Source: Schizochytrium sp. TIO01 (lineage: Eukaryota; Protista; Bigyra: Labyrinthulomycetes). Taken from it: 64,000 nt of DNA. Position numbers and translations under genes: made by a program. The notes under the pieces were generated by a model that had not been told where the DNA came from, ran no database searches, and was given only the letters and a program-made list of their open reading frames with translations. The stretch lies in NCBI GenBank assembly GCA_004764695.1, contig SMSO01000035.1, positions 2,356,001 to 2,420,000 of the forward strand. The letters run 5' to 3'. Positions 10,837 to 21,457 of the stretch are shown in pieces. The number at the start of each line of letters is the position of its first letter. The stretch's first letter is position 1.

Positions 10837-13800
10837 TTAACCTTCTGGTGACAAACCGTCATACGGCGTTAAACTGTACATGTTAAGTAGTTGATCATTC
10901 GCGCCTGCTCCCTCCACAGAGTCAGCGAGCCAAGCACCAAGCTCATAGAAGTTATAGGCCATTGCATAGTGCAAAGCTGTTTGACCCTGATTGTTCTGAT
11001 GATTTGGATTTGCTCCTTTTTCATAAAGAAATTTGGCTACCTTGAGCCTTCCGTTCTGTGCTGCAATTGTAAAGAGAGTGTTTCCATGCTCATCGGGTTT
11101 GTTAATAAACCATTGGAGGCGATTGAGATTGTCCGTGTACCGCGTACCAAATGCTTCTACATATTGATTCTCAATATCGACAGGGTCGAACCTACGATCA
11201 GGCAGGAGTTGCATAGCTTCACGCAAGTCCTTAATCTTGCCATGCCGAGACATAGATATGAGTTTGTCAGGGTGGGCTTGGAGGCTAGAGGCAGCTGTCT
11301 CTGGATTTCCGTTTGCTCCATCGTCAACACTATCTACAGATGGTATAGCTGGAAGACCACCAATGCCACCACCAACACCGCCACCAACGCTGGCACCAAA
11401 ACTTGACCCAGTCATTGCACTACCTCCATTCGAAGAGTTCTTCGCAGCTTGGATACTGAGCATACTGCTGCTGGAAAGAGTTGAGTTAGCCATAGACTTT
11501 GCTGAGTGAGTTTCCTCCAATCGGCGAAGTTTTGTGATTGAGTTCAAGATCTTCTTTCGGTGCAAGTTGTGTTCAATTCCAAGCGTGTTACGTAGGTCAT
11601 CGTCATTGAGATCGTATAAGAAAGCACCATCGATAGCAGCATCGGAAAAGCATGAACGATACTGTTTGAGTTTAAGGGTGCCAAGCCAATCTCCGACGTC
11701 CTCGACAGTCCATGAAGAGACATTCAGAGCGTCCTGGTCTTCTGGCATTTGGCCCTTCTGGTATGCAGGACGAAAGTGCCCATCTGCATTGATGGACCCA
11801 CCTCCACTATTAGAACTATCCGAACTCGCATCTCCCAGCCTGGATCCACCACCGGGGGTACTACCACCACCCCGTGCACCACTCAAAATAGCTTGTAGTT
11901 CATTCTGACCCGACGCAGTTCCTGCAGGCCCACTTAAGACAGTATTAAGAGCACCGACCTTCCGCATGGCTCTTACCATGTTCAAGCTACTAAAATATGT
12001 CAGTGACATGCTCATAAAACCAAATTTCATGAGTGACTCAGTCGATTGCATCATGTTATTTGCTTGTTGTTGCTGCTGAGGTGTTGGGCCTGCATACCCT
12101 GGCATTCCACCCAATATATTCCCACTACCTTGGCCATTCGGTACAGCTGTTGCCGTAGCTTCAGAAAGCACCAGTTCTCCTCGTGTCTGCTGCCTCCTCT
12201 TGATTTGTTCAAGCTCTTGCTGTTGCTCCTCAAGCAACACAACAAGCTTTCTTTCAAGGTCACGAAGCTCTTCTTCTTTCCCTTGTCTTGTACGATCAAT
12301 AGTTTGTAGCTTAGTTTCCAAATTTTTGAGGCGTTCTTTGCGGTCAGCAATTTTACCCAACATGATTCCAAACTCATGGTCTAAACGCATCTTCTGTTCC
12401 CGAAGTTCGATCCGCGCTGCCTCGTCTAGCACACCTTTCGCCTCTGTCTCAACTGCGGTGAGCTCGTGCATTTCTTTCTCGAGTGAGCGTACACCTTTAT
12501 CGAATTCCGCGATTTCGCTCAGGAGAGCTTCTACTTTTTCCTCTGTTTCGACCTTTTCGCGAGTGAGCATTGAGACTTCACTCTGCAGACGCGTGCCATG
12601 CAGTTTATGCTCAAGAAGCATCTGACGTCCAAAGTCAATTCCTTGAGATTGGGCCTTTGAAAATAAATACTTGTCGCGCTCCAACGAAGCCCTACCTCGT
12701 CCTCGATGGCCTCGGTATACGCGCTGAATATCGATAGCTGCATTTCGCTCACGGCGTAGTTTCCATGTGAGTTTTCTAGCAATATGGGCTCTCACCATGT
12801 TCTGGATAGCAACCGCGGCCCTGCGGCGCTTCGATTTGATATCCTCCACTCGACGTTTGCCCTGACGCCCACGGAAAATGCGCTGCATATGGCGTGCAGC
12901 CACAACTTGCTGCCGTCGTTCACGAAAGAGATCTCGACCAGCTTTACCACGCCAACACCGTTGAACGAGTCGAGCGGCCCACTCTTCCTGTCGTCTTTGC
13001 TCCAATTCGTCGCGAGCAAGTTTGGCACGCCATTTAGACTGAATCAAGAGAGCTGCGCGTGTAGTACGTAGCTTTTCTGCTAGCGTGCGGGCAAGAAACG
13101 CTCTCCAAGCACGTTGAATTACCGAAGCTGCCCGAACTAGTTTCGCTAACCTCTTTCGATTCCTAGCAATACGCCATTGCATATATTCACGCACCTCTGG
13201 TACTTGAACAGGCTGAAGAACTTGTGTAGCACCGCCGCCACCAAAACGAGGGTTATACTCGTCTTCTTCATCGCTATCGTGTTGTGTGTTATTGCGACGC
13301 TTTTGAGCCCAGTCGAAATTGCGCATTGTTGGGTCGAATGACGCAGCCGTGGGTTGCGCATCAGCAAATGAAACCCCACTAGCAGGCTTTTTGGACTTTC
13401 CATCGCCGTTGGGTTCATTTTGACCATGGCGTTTTGGGGAACCCACATAGGCGCGTGCATTTAGTCCAGTTTCCTCACGATAGTGCTGCCATCGGACCTT
13501 TTCAGCCTGTGGGTTCTCAGCGGGGTCGTCGCTCTCGTTTAGACGGTTAATGTGGTCTGGTGATGATCCTGGCGAGTTGGGATGAGCTGCACCTATTGCA
13601 TGAAATGCTTTGTCGGTGCCTGAAGCTGAATTTTGAGGGGCAAAAGGATTCGTCTCAACTGTACCCTCGCGTCGAGCCCGATCTAATGTACCAAGTACGT
13701 TATCAATGAATCTGTCTTCAAAAAATTGAATCTTGGACCCTTCATCTCGAGATGTGCGCTTGTTACCGCCGCCGCGAAGCCTTCGTGTCCTACCTGGAGA

Positions 13801-16800
13801 CTTGAGCTCTTGATGGTCTTCGTTCGTAGGAAGAAAAGCAACATCGTGGTTTTCATGGTACCCTGTGCATAGTTGCTCTATAAGATCTGAGATGGGACGA
13901 CGGCATTCCTGAAATAGTTCGTGGCCACTTTTCAACCAAATTACACACGGGCGCGTTCGATCACGAAGACATTGCCTAATTGACTTGACCTCTCCGCCAC
14001 GAAGCTTTACCACAGGCTCTACATGAAGAGGCTTGACCAACCCACCTTGAGATGATTGCACAAGAATAATGGGTTTTTCTAGGTTCTTAAGGTGAGGACG
14101 AACGTCTAAATGGGCTAAAGAGCCTTTGCAAATCTGCATTCGCCCTTCGAGGGTAATTGGATTATGTACCGCTGTATATAAGTTCAGAGCAAGTGGGGTA
14201 GAAACTTTGCTCAGGTACGAAGAGGAGAAGAGAAAGCGGGTGTAGAAATAAATAGGCAAATCAGGCCGCGTTGCTGGTGCACATGAGAACACATTCATGC
14301 AATCATGTAGAACACCAGCTAAGTGTGGGTCAATATGCGTAAACCCATTGAGGCTGAGAAGGGCTCTCATTTTTGGTGGACGACAATTGATCGCGTACTG
14401 CATTGCAATATTTGCACCATTTCCAAAACCCATCAGATAGAATGGAGCTGCGTATGGCCCACGTGTCTCAAGTTCGCGTGTACCATTATAATCCACGTGC
14501 CGAAGCAGTGCATCTAAACAAGGATAATAGTATTCATTATTCAGAACAGCGTCTGATCTCCATTCTGTAAATGCTTGTCCAGGAAGATTGAAGACAAGTA
14601 CTTGGAGACCTGGGTATTTTGTCACGATAGGCCCAAAAAAGATTTGCATCGTCTCGTAGGTGTCAAAAAAGTCATGAACAACAACAATATTAAACAAGCG
14701 AGAACCCTGTCTCTTCTTACCAAGTACCATGTACGGGAATGCAGTGTCAGCATCCATTTGAAAGACCCCGGCGACGGGGGCATCCTCGTCGAGATTATTA
14801 CGAGGCATTGGTAGAGTAAGCTTGACCACATCTGATGATGTCATTAGTCCGCTTGTCGTTGGACGCATGATGGGCAAATCATTCTTTTCCGAAGTAGATT
14901 TCTTCCCCGTCTTTCGAGCAATCTTTTGTCGAGCTGCCTTAGATGGTCTATGTTGAGGGATAGCAGCTTTAACTGTATTCAAAAGGGACATTTCATCAAC
15001 CGGCTTGCTGACGCACCCATCATAGCCTACGTCCATATACATGCGCAAATCTTCAGGCGCTGTTTCAGCAGAAAACGCAATAAGGGGTAGACGCATTTTA
15101 TCTGGATCTGATTTCTTTTCTCTCTTTCGTAAAAGCTTAGCAATCTCTAATCCATTGAGAGTCGGTAGTAGCGTTGAGGTAATAAAAAGATCAAAGTGAT
15201 TGTCGCGACACATTTCCAGGGCAGGAGGTCCATCAGAAAACGAAGTGACAACATATTCTGCTTCTTTCAACATTGCACATACCAACTCACGAACTTCCTC
15301 GTCTTCCTCTGCAAAGAGAATTTGACCTTTGTAGCCCTCGTCAGCTTTTTCATTCGACGCTAGCTTAGGTTTCCGCCCTCGCGAAACTCTATTGTCCCTT
15401 TTACCTGGACTTTTAGGAGCTAGATCCTCAGATCCCTTTTGACCGTATTTACGTTCTCGCGTACCACGTAGGTAGCTTTCTAAATCATCAAATTTACTCA
15501 GACTTTCGTGTTCCTCCTGCAACCTCTTTGCCTCAGCTCGGGAGCATGTCGCACCTTCACTAGCCTTGATTACAGCATTAGCAACATGTTGTGCGCGTTC
15601 AACAACTTTTCGATCCTGCTCCTCGCGTAATTGAGCAGCGGTGGGAATCTCTGGAACTGAGCGATTAGGCAAGAGTCCAGGAAGCTCTTGAATATATTTC
15701 CGTGCTGATCTAATAGGTGATGGCGTTCGCGTTCGCTCTGCTTGATTTTGGTGGTCAAGTTCTCTTCGACGTCTACCCTTTACGGATAAACGCTCTATCA
15801 AATTCTCCCGTGCTGATGCTTGCTGTGAGTTATATTGTGCTACCTCTCGTTTTGACTGCTTCAGGCTTTCGCTTAACATGATCTCCCTTGCTCGATCTAG
15901 CGTACAATAAATACGATAGCAGTTTGGACACACTGTGACTTGCTGGTAGTAGTGACTCAAAGGTACACCTCCATGTTCTTCTAACATGTGCTCCCTTGCA
16001 TCAAGACCCTCAATACCACGATCTTTGGGGCGTGCATACGTGTCAGCTCCGGGCGGTTTCTTTTCTTGTGCGAAGGCCCCAACAGGAGCACCTTTCACCC
16101 CCATGCGCTCAACTAAGCCCCGTTTTTCCTTTCTTGCCATTGCGATCGATTTCATAGGCAGATTGTAACTTTCGTATTGAGGCTTGGCGTAGTGTTGTAA
16201 TCTCTCAGTAACTTCAGAGCCAGGCCCAGTAGCTTCTAATCTCTGACCTAGTGCTAAAAGCGCTTCCTCATGCCCTTGAGGTGTAGACATACTGAATCCC
16301 ATCTTCATCGCCATCATTTCCAATTCACTACCAGAAAAAAGTCGCCGAGCGAGAGTGAGACCAGCTTGCCCACCTTTTACTGATAACGAGCTGTATTTTG
16401 CGTTTAACACCGGTGGTTCCTGTACAGGAAAATCGCAAAAATCGCCTCTACAATTAAATGGGTTGGGATAGTGCTGATCGATTACAGGGGGTGCTTCAAT
16501 GTGAATGTGTCCACTTGGATCAAGTGCTGCTCCACTTGTTCCTGAAATTGTAAAGTTGCTAGCATTTCGCTTTCGTATTGAGGTTTGATCATTGTGCTTT
16601 GTGTGGTTTTGGCGTCGTCTCCCGTTGCGTTTTTCTTCATAATCATGTTCTATGATGTGCTCTTCCGTAGTTCTTTCGTTTCCATCCCCTGCTGATTTGG
16701 TTTCCAATTGATCTGCCACAACTTGTTCTTCATTATCTGGCCTCAAGTCGAAGTTTTCTACATTTGCGGCAGCATGGCCAACTTGGATACCTAGTGCAAC

Positions 16801-17784
16801 TGCATCAGTGGCATTCGCCCGTGGAGATCGAAACCTCGCACGTTCACCAGACCTTCTACGACGCCCTCTCTGTCGCCTTCCCAAGGGCTGGTCTCCGCTT
16901 CCAGAAATAGGAGAAAACATGTCTCGGGGTGACTTCGTTAAAGATGTGTCAAGTCTTGAAAGTCGTATTGCTGTATGTGCTGCCTTAGGGGACCTATTTT
17001 CTTCTATGAGTTCGTAGTCCTCGGCGCTTTTCTGGGCATTATGTTCATGAAGGGCGAGCCCTGCATCACAAATCCATGTGAGCCATGGGCGCTCTTCATG
17101 ATCCATGAGAAATTCTGCTTTAAGTTTATGTACGATGACTTTATGTTGCAATTGCAAATAGCTGATGACAGTATGCATGCATTGTCGCAACAAGTTTCGC
17201 AACGACAAAGCCCGACATTTGGTTGCTTCTCCTAATTTTCGTGCTCCAGATACGCTATCCCAGGTGAGTGGGCGGCACTGAGCCTCCAAGACTCCACCAT
17301 TTAATACGCCCCCTCCTTTGTTTTGATCATCGGAAGCTTTCCATTCACAGATGTACAAATTTCGTGGTCCTCCTCGTGGATAAGGAATGTAGGTTTGCAA
17401 AGCAACTGTTCGGCTCAAATCGAGAGCGTTGCCAAGATCTGCTAGGGCGACAAGACGGATTTCTCCGGATCTTAAATAAGCAATACACGAAGATTCTTGC
17501 ACATTATAAGATCTGCCAAAGCGACTGATGAGCATCTCAGTGCTTGTCGCCCGTTTTTTAATTATCTCGCCAGAAGACCCGGTGAGTAGCCATCGGTCTA
17601 CTTCCCCCGATGTTTTCATCAGCACAGTTTCGGCAAGCAGAAGTTCACATTTGACATGTCCGTCAAGTATCCATAAATGTCGAAGTGCCCAGGCCCCAGC
17701 ATCACGAGGGTTTGCAGGCAGCGGCAAGCGCTGCTCAAGCTTTGCTGCAGTGCCCTTACTTGTACCTTCGCGAGACTTTGACAT
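10837..17784 (-). CDS. 2315-aa multidomain protein: Cys-motif region, receiver (REC)-like domain, alpha/beta-hydrolase-like domain, IQ repeats, coiled coil, SAM, ankyrin repeats
   Basis: CRGDFC...VCPNCY motifs. REC-like GQILFAEED...FDLFITS...LPTLNGLE...SKPV at about 14960-15327. Hydrolase-like VVVHDFF...FNLPGQ...MGFGNG...SGHELF at about 13870-14700. IQ motifs IQRAWRA, IQSKWRA, VQRCWRG, MQRIFRG, IQNMVRA, IQRVYRG. SAM WTVEDVGDWL...IDGAFL...LGIEHNLHRKKIL. Ankyrin HGNTLFTIAAQNG and GQTALHYA. Confidence 0.85.
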   Translation of the reverse strand: MSKSREGTSKGTAAKLEQRLPLPANPRDAGAWALRHLWILDGHVKCELLLAETVLMKTSGEVDRWLLTGSSGEIIKKRATSTEMLISRFGRSYNVQESSCIAYLRSGEIRLVALADLGNALDLSRTVALQTYIPYPRGGPRNLYICEWKASDDQNKGGGVLNGGVLEAQCRPLTWDSVSGARKLGEATKCRALSLRNLLRQCMHTVISYLQLQHKVIVHKLKAEFLMDHEERPWLTWICDAGLALHEHNAQKSAEDYELIEENRSPKAAHTAIRLSRLDTSLTKSPRDMFSPISGSGDQPLGRRQRGRRRRSGERARFRSPRANATDAVALGIQVGHAAANVENFDLRPDNEEQVVADQLETKSAGDGNERTTEEHIIEHDYEEKRNGRRRQNHTKHNDQTSIRKRNASNFTISGTSGAALDPSGHIHIEAPPVIDQHYPNPFNCRGDFCDFPVQEPPVLNAKYSSLSVKGGQAGLTLARRLFSGSELEMMAMKMGFSMSTPQGHEEALLALGQRLEATGPGSEVTERLQHYAKPQYESYNLPMKSIAMARKEKRGLVERMGVKGAPVGAFAQEKKPPGADTYARPKDRGIEGLDAREHMLEEHGGVPLSHYYQQVTVCPNCYRIYCTLDRAREIMLSESLKQSKREVAQYNSQQASARENLIERLSVKGRRRRELDHQNQAERTRTPSPIRSARKYIQELPGLLPNRSVPEIPTAAQLREEQDRKVVERAQHVANAVIKASEGATCSRAEAKRLQEEHESLSKFDDLESYLRGTRERKYGQKGSEDLAPKSPGKRDNRVSRGRKPKLASNEKADEGYKGQILFAEEDEEVRELVCAMLKEAEYVVTSFSDGPPALEMCRDNHFDLFITSTLLPTLNGLEIAKLLRKREKKSDPDKMRLPLIAFSAETAPEDLRMYMDVGYDGCVSKPVDEMSLLNTVKAAIPQHRPSKAARQKIARKTGKKSTSEKNDLPIMRPTTSGLMTSSDVVKLTLPMPRNNLDEDAPVAGVFQMDADTAFPYMVLGKKRQGSRLFNIVVVHDFFDTYETMQIFFGPIVTKYPGLQVLVFNLPGQAFTEWRSDAVLNNEYYYPCLDALLRHVDYNGTRELETRGPYAAPFYLMGFGNGANIAMQYAINCRPPKMRALLSLNGFTHIDPHLAGVLHDCMNVFSCAPATRPDLPIYFYTRFLFSSSYLSKVSTPLALNLYTAVHNPITLEGRMQICKGSLAHLDVRPHLKNLEKPIILVQSSQGGLVKPLHVEPVVKLRGGEVKSIRQCLRDRTRPCVIWLKSGHELFQECRRPISDLIEQLCTGYHENHDVAFLPTNEDHQELKSPGRTRRLRGGGNKRTSRDEGSKIQFFEDRFIDNVLGTLDRARREGTVETNPFAPQNSASGTDKAFHAIGAAHPNSPGSSPDHINRLNESDDPAENPQAEKVRWQHYREETGLNARAYVGSPKRHGQNEPNGDGKSKKPASGVSFADAQPTAASFDPTMRNFDWAQKRRNNTQHDSDEEDEYNPRFGGGGATQVLQPVQVPEVREYMQWRIARNRKRLAKLVRAASVIQRAWRAFLARTLAEKLRTTRAALLIQSKWRAKLARDELEQRRQEEWAARLVQRCWRGKAGRDLFRERRQQVVAARHMQRIFRGRQGKRRVEDIKSKRRRAAVAIQNMVRAHIARKLTWKLRRERNAAIDIQRVYRGHRGRGRASLERDKYLFSKAQSQGIDFGRQMLLEHKLHGTRLQSEVSMLTREKVETEEKVEALLSEIAEFDKGVRSLEKEMHELTAVETEAKGVLDEAARIELREQKMRLDHEFGIMLGKIADRKERLKNLETKLQTIDRTRQGKEEELRDLERKLVVLLEEQQQELEQIKRRQQTRGELVLSEATATAVPNGQGSGNILGGMPGYAGPTPQQQQQANNMMQSTESLMKFGFMSMSLTYFSSLNMVRAMRKVGALNTVLSGPAGTASGQNELQAILSGARGGGSTPGGGSRLGDASSDSSNSGGGSINADGHFRPAYQKGQMPEDQDALNVSSWTVEDVGDWLGTLKLKQYRSCFSDAAIDGAFLYDLNDDDLRNTLGIEHNLHRKKILNSITKLRRLEETHSAKSMANSTLSSSSMLSIQAAKNSSNGGSAMTGSSFGASVGGGVGGGIGGLPAIPSVDSVDDGANGNPETAASSLQAHPDKLISMSRHGKIKDLREAMQLLPDRRFDPVDIENQYVEAFGTRYTDNLNRLQWFINKPDEHGNTLFTIAAQNGRLKVAKFLYEKGANPNHQNNQGQTALHYAMAYNFYELGAWLADSVEGAGANDQLLNMYSLTPYDGLSPEG

Positions 17785-18943
17785 TCTTTCTAGCTCGCTT
17801 CAAGGCTGTCTGCACACACAGACGACTTTTGATGCGGCGTGCACTGCCACACGTGAAGCAGGACCACGGCTCCACGTGCGTAGGTTTATCTTGATATCAC
17901 CTTGTCAATTCATGCACATGTACTCCGACCGCATGCCTTGCTCCTCTCTAAGGTGAACCTTCTAAAGTTTTCTTGACTTTGGTGTGTATTATGAACGAGG
18001 ATAAACAAGCAAATAAAGGGGAACGAGAGAGAAGTTCCTATGATTAAGAATGAATAATGTGTGATCAGTGTCGCACAAGACCACCTTTTTTTGTTTTAGC
18101 GTTCTCTTTGTATGGAGATTTAGTTGGAATATGAACAGGTCAAAAGGGAAAATATGTATATTTAAAAAACGATCAATTATCTGTATCCATTACTCTAGGT
18201 GCAAGAGTTGAACAAAGAAGAAACAACGTCGCAAGGTTCTGATAGCGAACTTTGGCTTCTACACAACGTCGCTGACAAAATGATTTACTCTGGGCTCGAT
18301 TGTTACATGCAACAGAAAGTCCTTTTTTTTTTTTTTCAAAGAAGAAAGAAAATTATATAAAAAGGTCTTCCTCCTGGGACAATGTATCCGTTGGGAGGGT
18401 TCGCCGTCGAGTTGTGACTGTTCAATGTTAACGTTGAAACTGTCGAATTGCACAATGAAAGAGCTCAAGTTATGTAAAAGTCTAAATTTTAGCATGTAGG
18501 AGGAGCAGAAGGTTAAAATGAAAGGGAGGGAAGCTTTCAATTGTTGACAAACAAAAGAGTGGTTTATTGAGTTAACAATTTACTTGTTTGAGTTAGCACT
18601 ACTGCTTCGCTCCTCTCTTGTCAGCTATAAATTCTTTATTCGTATAGAATTACCTTTAGTGCATGCAAAAACAATCACTCAATCAATACTACTTGTATTA
18701 ACTAGCAACCACTCTTATTCACGATTATTGAAAGTACATCTGCTTTTAGCGCGACGAACAGCAAACCTGCACGGCGGCTACGATTGCCGATTCGTCAAAG
18801 AGCAGCACATAGGTGCAGGGCTCTTGACAACGTGGAGTTTTCATACCAAACAGCGCACCATTGTGAAGGACTTTATTTGGTGACAATACCTCATTGTGAC
18901 ATTTGCCTTGCAAAGTTTCCTCTAAGTTCAATTGTGAGAGACA

Positions 18944-21457
18944 ATGTCAGGCGAAGGTAAATCTGCAGAGAAGTTCGCACGCGACCTTGCGCGGAGCAAA
19001 GCCGGCGAATGTGTTCGTGTAGTGGTTCGTGTGCGTCCACTGAATAGCACGGAGAAGCAAGAAGGCTATGAGGCTGTTGCAATTGTGGATGACCAGCGTG
19101 CCTCCATTACACTGAAGAACCCGAATGCGGCAGCCTCTGAGCCACCCAAAGTCTTCACTTTTGATCAAGTCTATGGCCCAACCGCACAACAAAAGCAGAT
19201 ATATGATCGCACAGCTGCTGCTATTGTCGAAAGCGTCTGTGAGGGATACAATGGAACTATTTTTGCCTATGGTCAAACTGGTGCTGGTAAGACGCATACG
19301 ATGGAGGGATGCCGCGACCCACCTGAACTCAAGGGTATTATTCCAAACTCATTCAAGCACATTTTCGACAAGATCGCTTCTGAGGGCTCTGATCGCAAGC
19401 AGTTTCTTGTTCGCGCTAGCTATCTAGAAATTTATATGGAGGAGTGCCGCGACCTTCTTGCTCACAACCCGAAGAATAAGCTCGAACTCAAGGAGAGTGT
19501 AGACTCAGGCGTTTATGTGAAGGATCAGCGCGTGGAAATTGTCAAGAGCGTGTCCGAGATCGATCGGCTCATGCAGGAAGGTAATGGAAAACGCAAGGTG
19601 GGCGCAACACGAATGAATCAGACCTCTTCTCGTTCACACTCAATCTTCTCGATTGTTGTTGAGACGAGCGAAGTTGATGAAAATACTAACGAGCCCAAAA
19701 TTCGAGTCGGCAAGTTGAACTTGGTCGATCTTGCTGGTTCTGAGCGCCAATCTAAAACCGGGGCAACTGGTGAGCGTCTCGAAGAGGCTACCAAAATTAA
19801 CTTGTCCTTGTCTGCTTTGGGAAATGTAATTTCAGCCCTGGTGGAGTCCAAGTCTCAGCACGTTCCTTACCGTGACTCCAAGCTGACTCGTCTCTTGCAA
19901 GACTCCCTTGGTGGTAATACTAAGACTGTCATGATTGCAAACTGTGGACCTGCAGACTATAACTACGACGAAACTCTTTCAACTCTGCGTTATGCAAATC
20001 GCGCCAAGAAAATTAAGAACAAGCCCAAGATTAACGAAGACCCAAAAGATGCAATGCTGCGGGAATTTCAAGACGAGATTATGCGGCTTAAGGCGCAGCT
20101 TGCTGCGGCTGCCAATGGTCAAGTCCTAGATCCTAGCATAGCTGTTGATGGTGGACCAACCAATGCAAGCAAAGGACATGCCGTGGATTCTCGCAACCTT
20201 GAGGAGATTCGTGAGAAGGTGAAAGTAGAGATGCAAAAGCAAGCTGCACAAGACATGGAGCGTGTCCAACGAGAAGCTCAAGAGCAGCTGGACAAAATCA
20301 CTGAAGAAAAGCGTATGTCTGAGAATGAGCGCTCAGAGCTTAAAGCTCGCCTTGAGCGCGAGGGTCAACAGGCGCTTCGCGCAAAACAAGCAAAAGAGGC
20401 TCTTCAAAAGAAGCTGAAGATGATGGAGCAACGTCTTCTGGTTGGTGGTATGATTATGGACAAAGCCGCCAAGCAGGAGGAGGATCTGCGAAAGGCTGAA
20501 ATCGAACTAGAAGAACGCCGAGTCCAGGAGCGGATTCTTGCGCGTAAAGTGGTAGAGAAGGAAGAAGAAATGATGCTTAAGGAGGAGCAATACTCTTCGC
20601 TTCAGGATGAAGTGGAAGTGAAAACAAAGAAACTTAAGAAACTGTGGCAAAAGTATCAAGGCTGCAAGAGTGAGGTGACAGACTTGGAACAAAGCTTTCA
20701 GCAAGAGCGTGAAGATATGCTTCATACGATTCGCGAACTGTCTCGCCAACTCAAACTCAAAGAACTCATTCTTGAACATTTTATCCCGCCTGAAGAAGCT
20801 GAAAAGCTTAATGCACGAGCACAGTGGGATGATAAGCAAGACCAATGGAAGGTCTCTCGTATTGAATTTGCTGGTAATCAACTTCGTCCCTCAAGGCCCA
20901 TGAGCAGCCAGCGCTCACGTAGGCCAGAAACAGAATACGCAAATCATCGTAAACAATATGATGAAAACCCGCGCTACAAGGCTGAGAATGTCGTAAACCT
21001 AGACTTTGAGACTACGGAGCGGCTTACTGCGGATTACGATGGAGCAGCAATGAGCCAGCGTGTACAAGCAGCCTTGACCGCTGCATTGGAAAGCGGGGAA
21101 CCAGATGTTTCTTTCGGTGCAGCTCCTGAGAATTTGCCTACTTGCAACCCTTATCTTAGCTATAACCCAGAAGACCAGTCTACAGCAGGGGATTCTTCTT
21201 ACCGTGAGCGTGTATCAACTGCTTCAGGCCAGCGTCGCTCGTCAAAGTCTCGCAATTCTGCCTCAAGTAAGCGACCAGGTACTGCATCTCGGGCTGGCCG
21301 TGATCGTCGACGATCATCGTCAGCATCCAATCAGGAGGGCCCGACAATGTCTTTGTTGTCCTCACATCATCGCCATGCGCATCATAGTATTGACGACGAA
21401 TCTAAAGATCCCGAAGAAATGTATCCCAGCGCGCGCGGCCTAGTGTCGCGGTCATAA
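18944..21457 (+). CDS. KIF3: Kinesin-2 (heterotrimeric kinesin-II motor subunit, KIF3/FLA8/FLA10 family; anterograde intraflagellar transport)
   Basis: VRVRP, GYNGTIFAYGQTGAGKT, NQTSSRSH, LVDLAGSER, HVPYRDSKLTRLLQDSLGGN, KNKPKINEDPKDAMLREFQ neck, coiled-coil stalk, and a C-terminal YPSARGLV tail resembling KIF3B. Confidence 0.93.
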   Translation: MSGEGKSAEKFARDLARSKAGECVRVVVRVRPLNSTEKQEGYEAVAIVDDQRASITLKNPNAAASEPPKVFTFDQVYGPTAQQKQIYDRTAAAIVESVCEGYNGTIFAYGQTGAGKTHTMEGCRDPPELKGIIPNSFKHIFDKIASEGSDRKQFLVRASYLEIYMEECRDLLAHNPKNKLELKESVDSGVYVKDQRVEIVKSVSEIDRLMQEGNGKRKVGATRMNQTSSRSHSIFSIVVETSEVDENTNEPKIRVGKLNLVDLAGSERQSKTGATGERLEEATKINLSLSALGNVISALVESKSQHVPYRDSKLTRLLQDSLGGNTKTVMIANCGPADYNYDETLSTLRYANRAKKIKNKPKINEDPKDAMLREFQDEIMRLKAQLAAAANGQVLDPSIAVDGGPTNASKGHAVDSRNLEEIREKVKVEMQKQAAQDMERVQREAQEQLDKITEEKRMSENERSELKARLEREGQQALRAKQAKEALQKKLKMMEQRLLVGGMIMDKAAKQEEDLRKAEIELEERRVQERILARKVVEKEEEMMLKEEQYSSLQDEVEVKTKKLKKLWQKYQGCKSEVTDLEQSFQQEREDMLHTIRELSRQLKLKELILEHFIPPEEAEKLNARAQWDDKQDQWKVSRIEFAGNQLRPSRPMSSQRSRRPETEYANHRKQYDENPRYKAENVVNLDFETTERLTADYDGAAMSQRVQAALTAALESGEPDVSFGAAPENLPTCNPYLSYNPEDQSTAGDSSYRERVSTASGQRRSSKSRNSASSKRPGTASRAGRDRRRSSSASNQEGPTMSLLSSHHRHAHHSIDDESKDPEEMYPSARGLVSRS

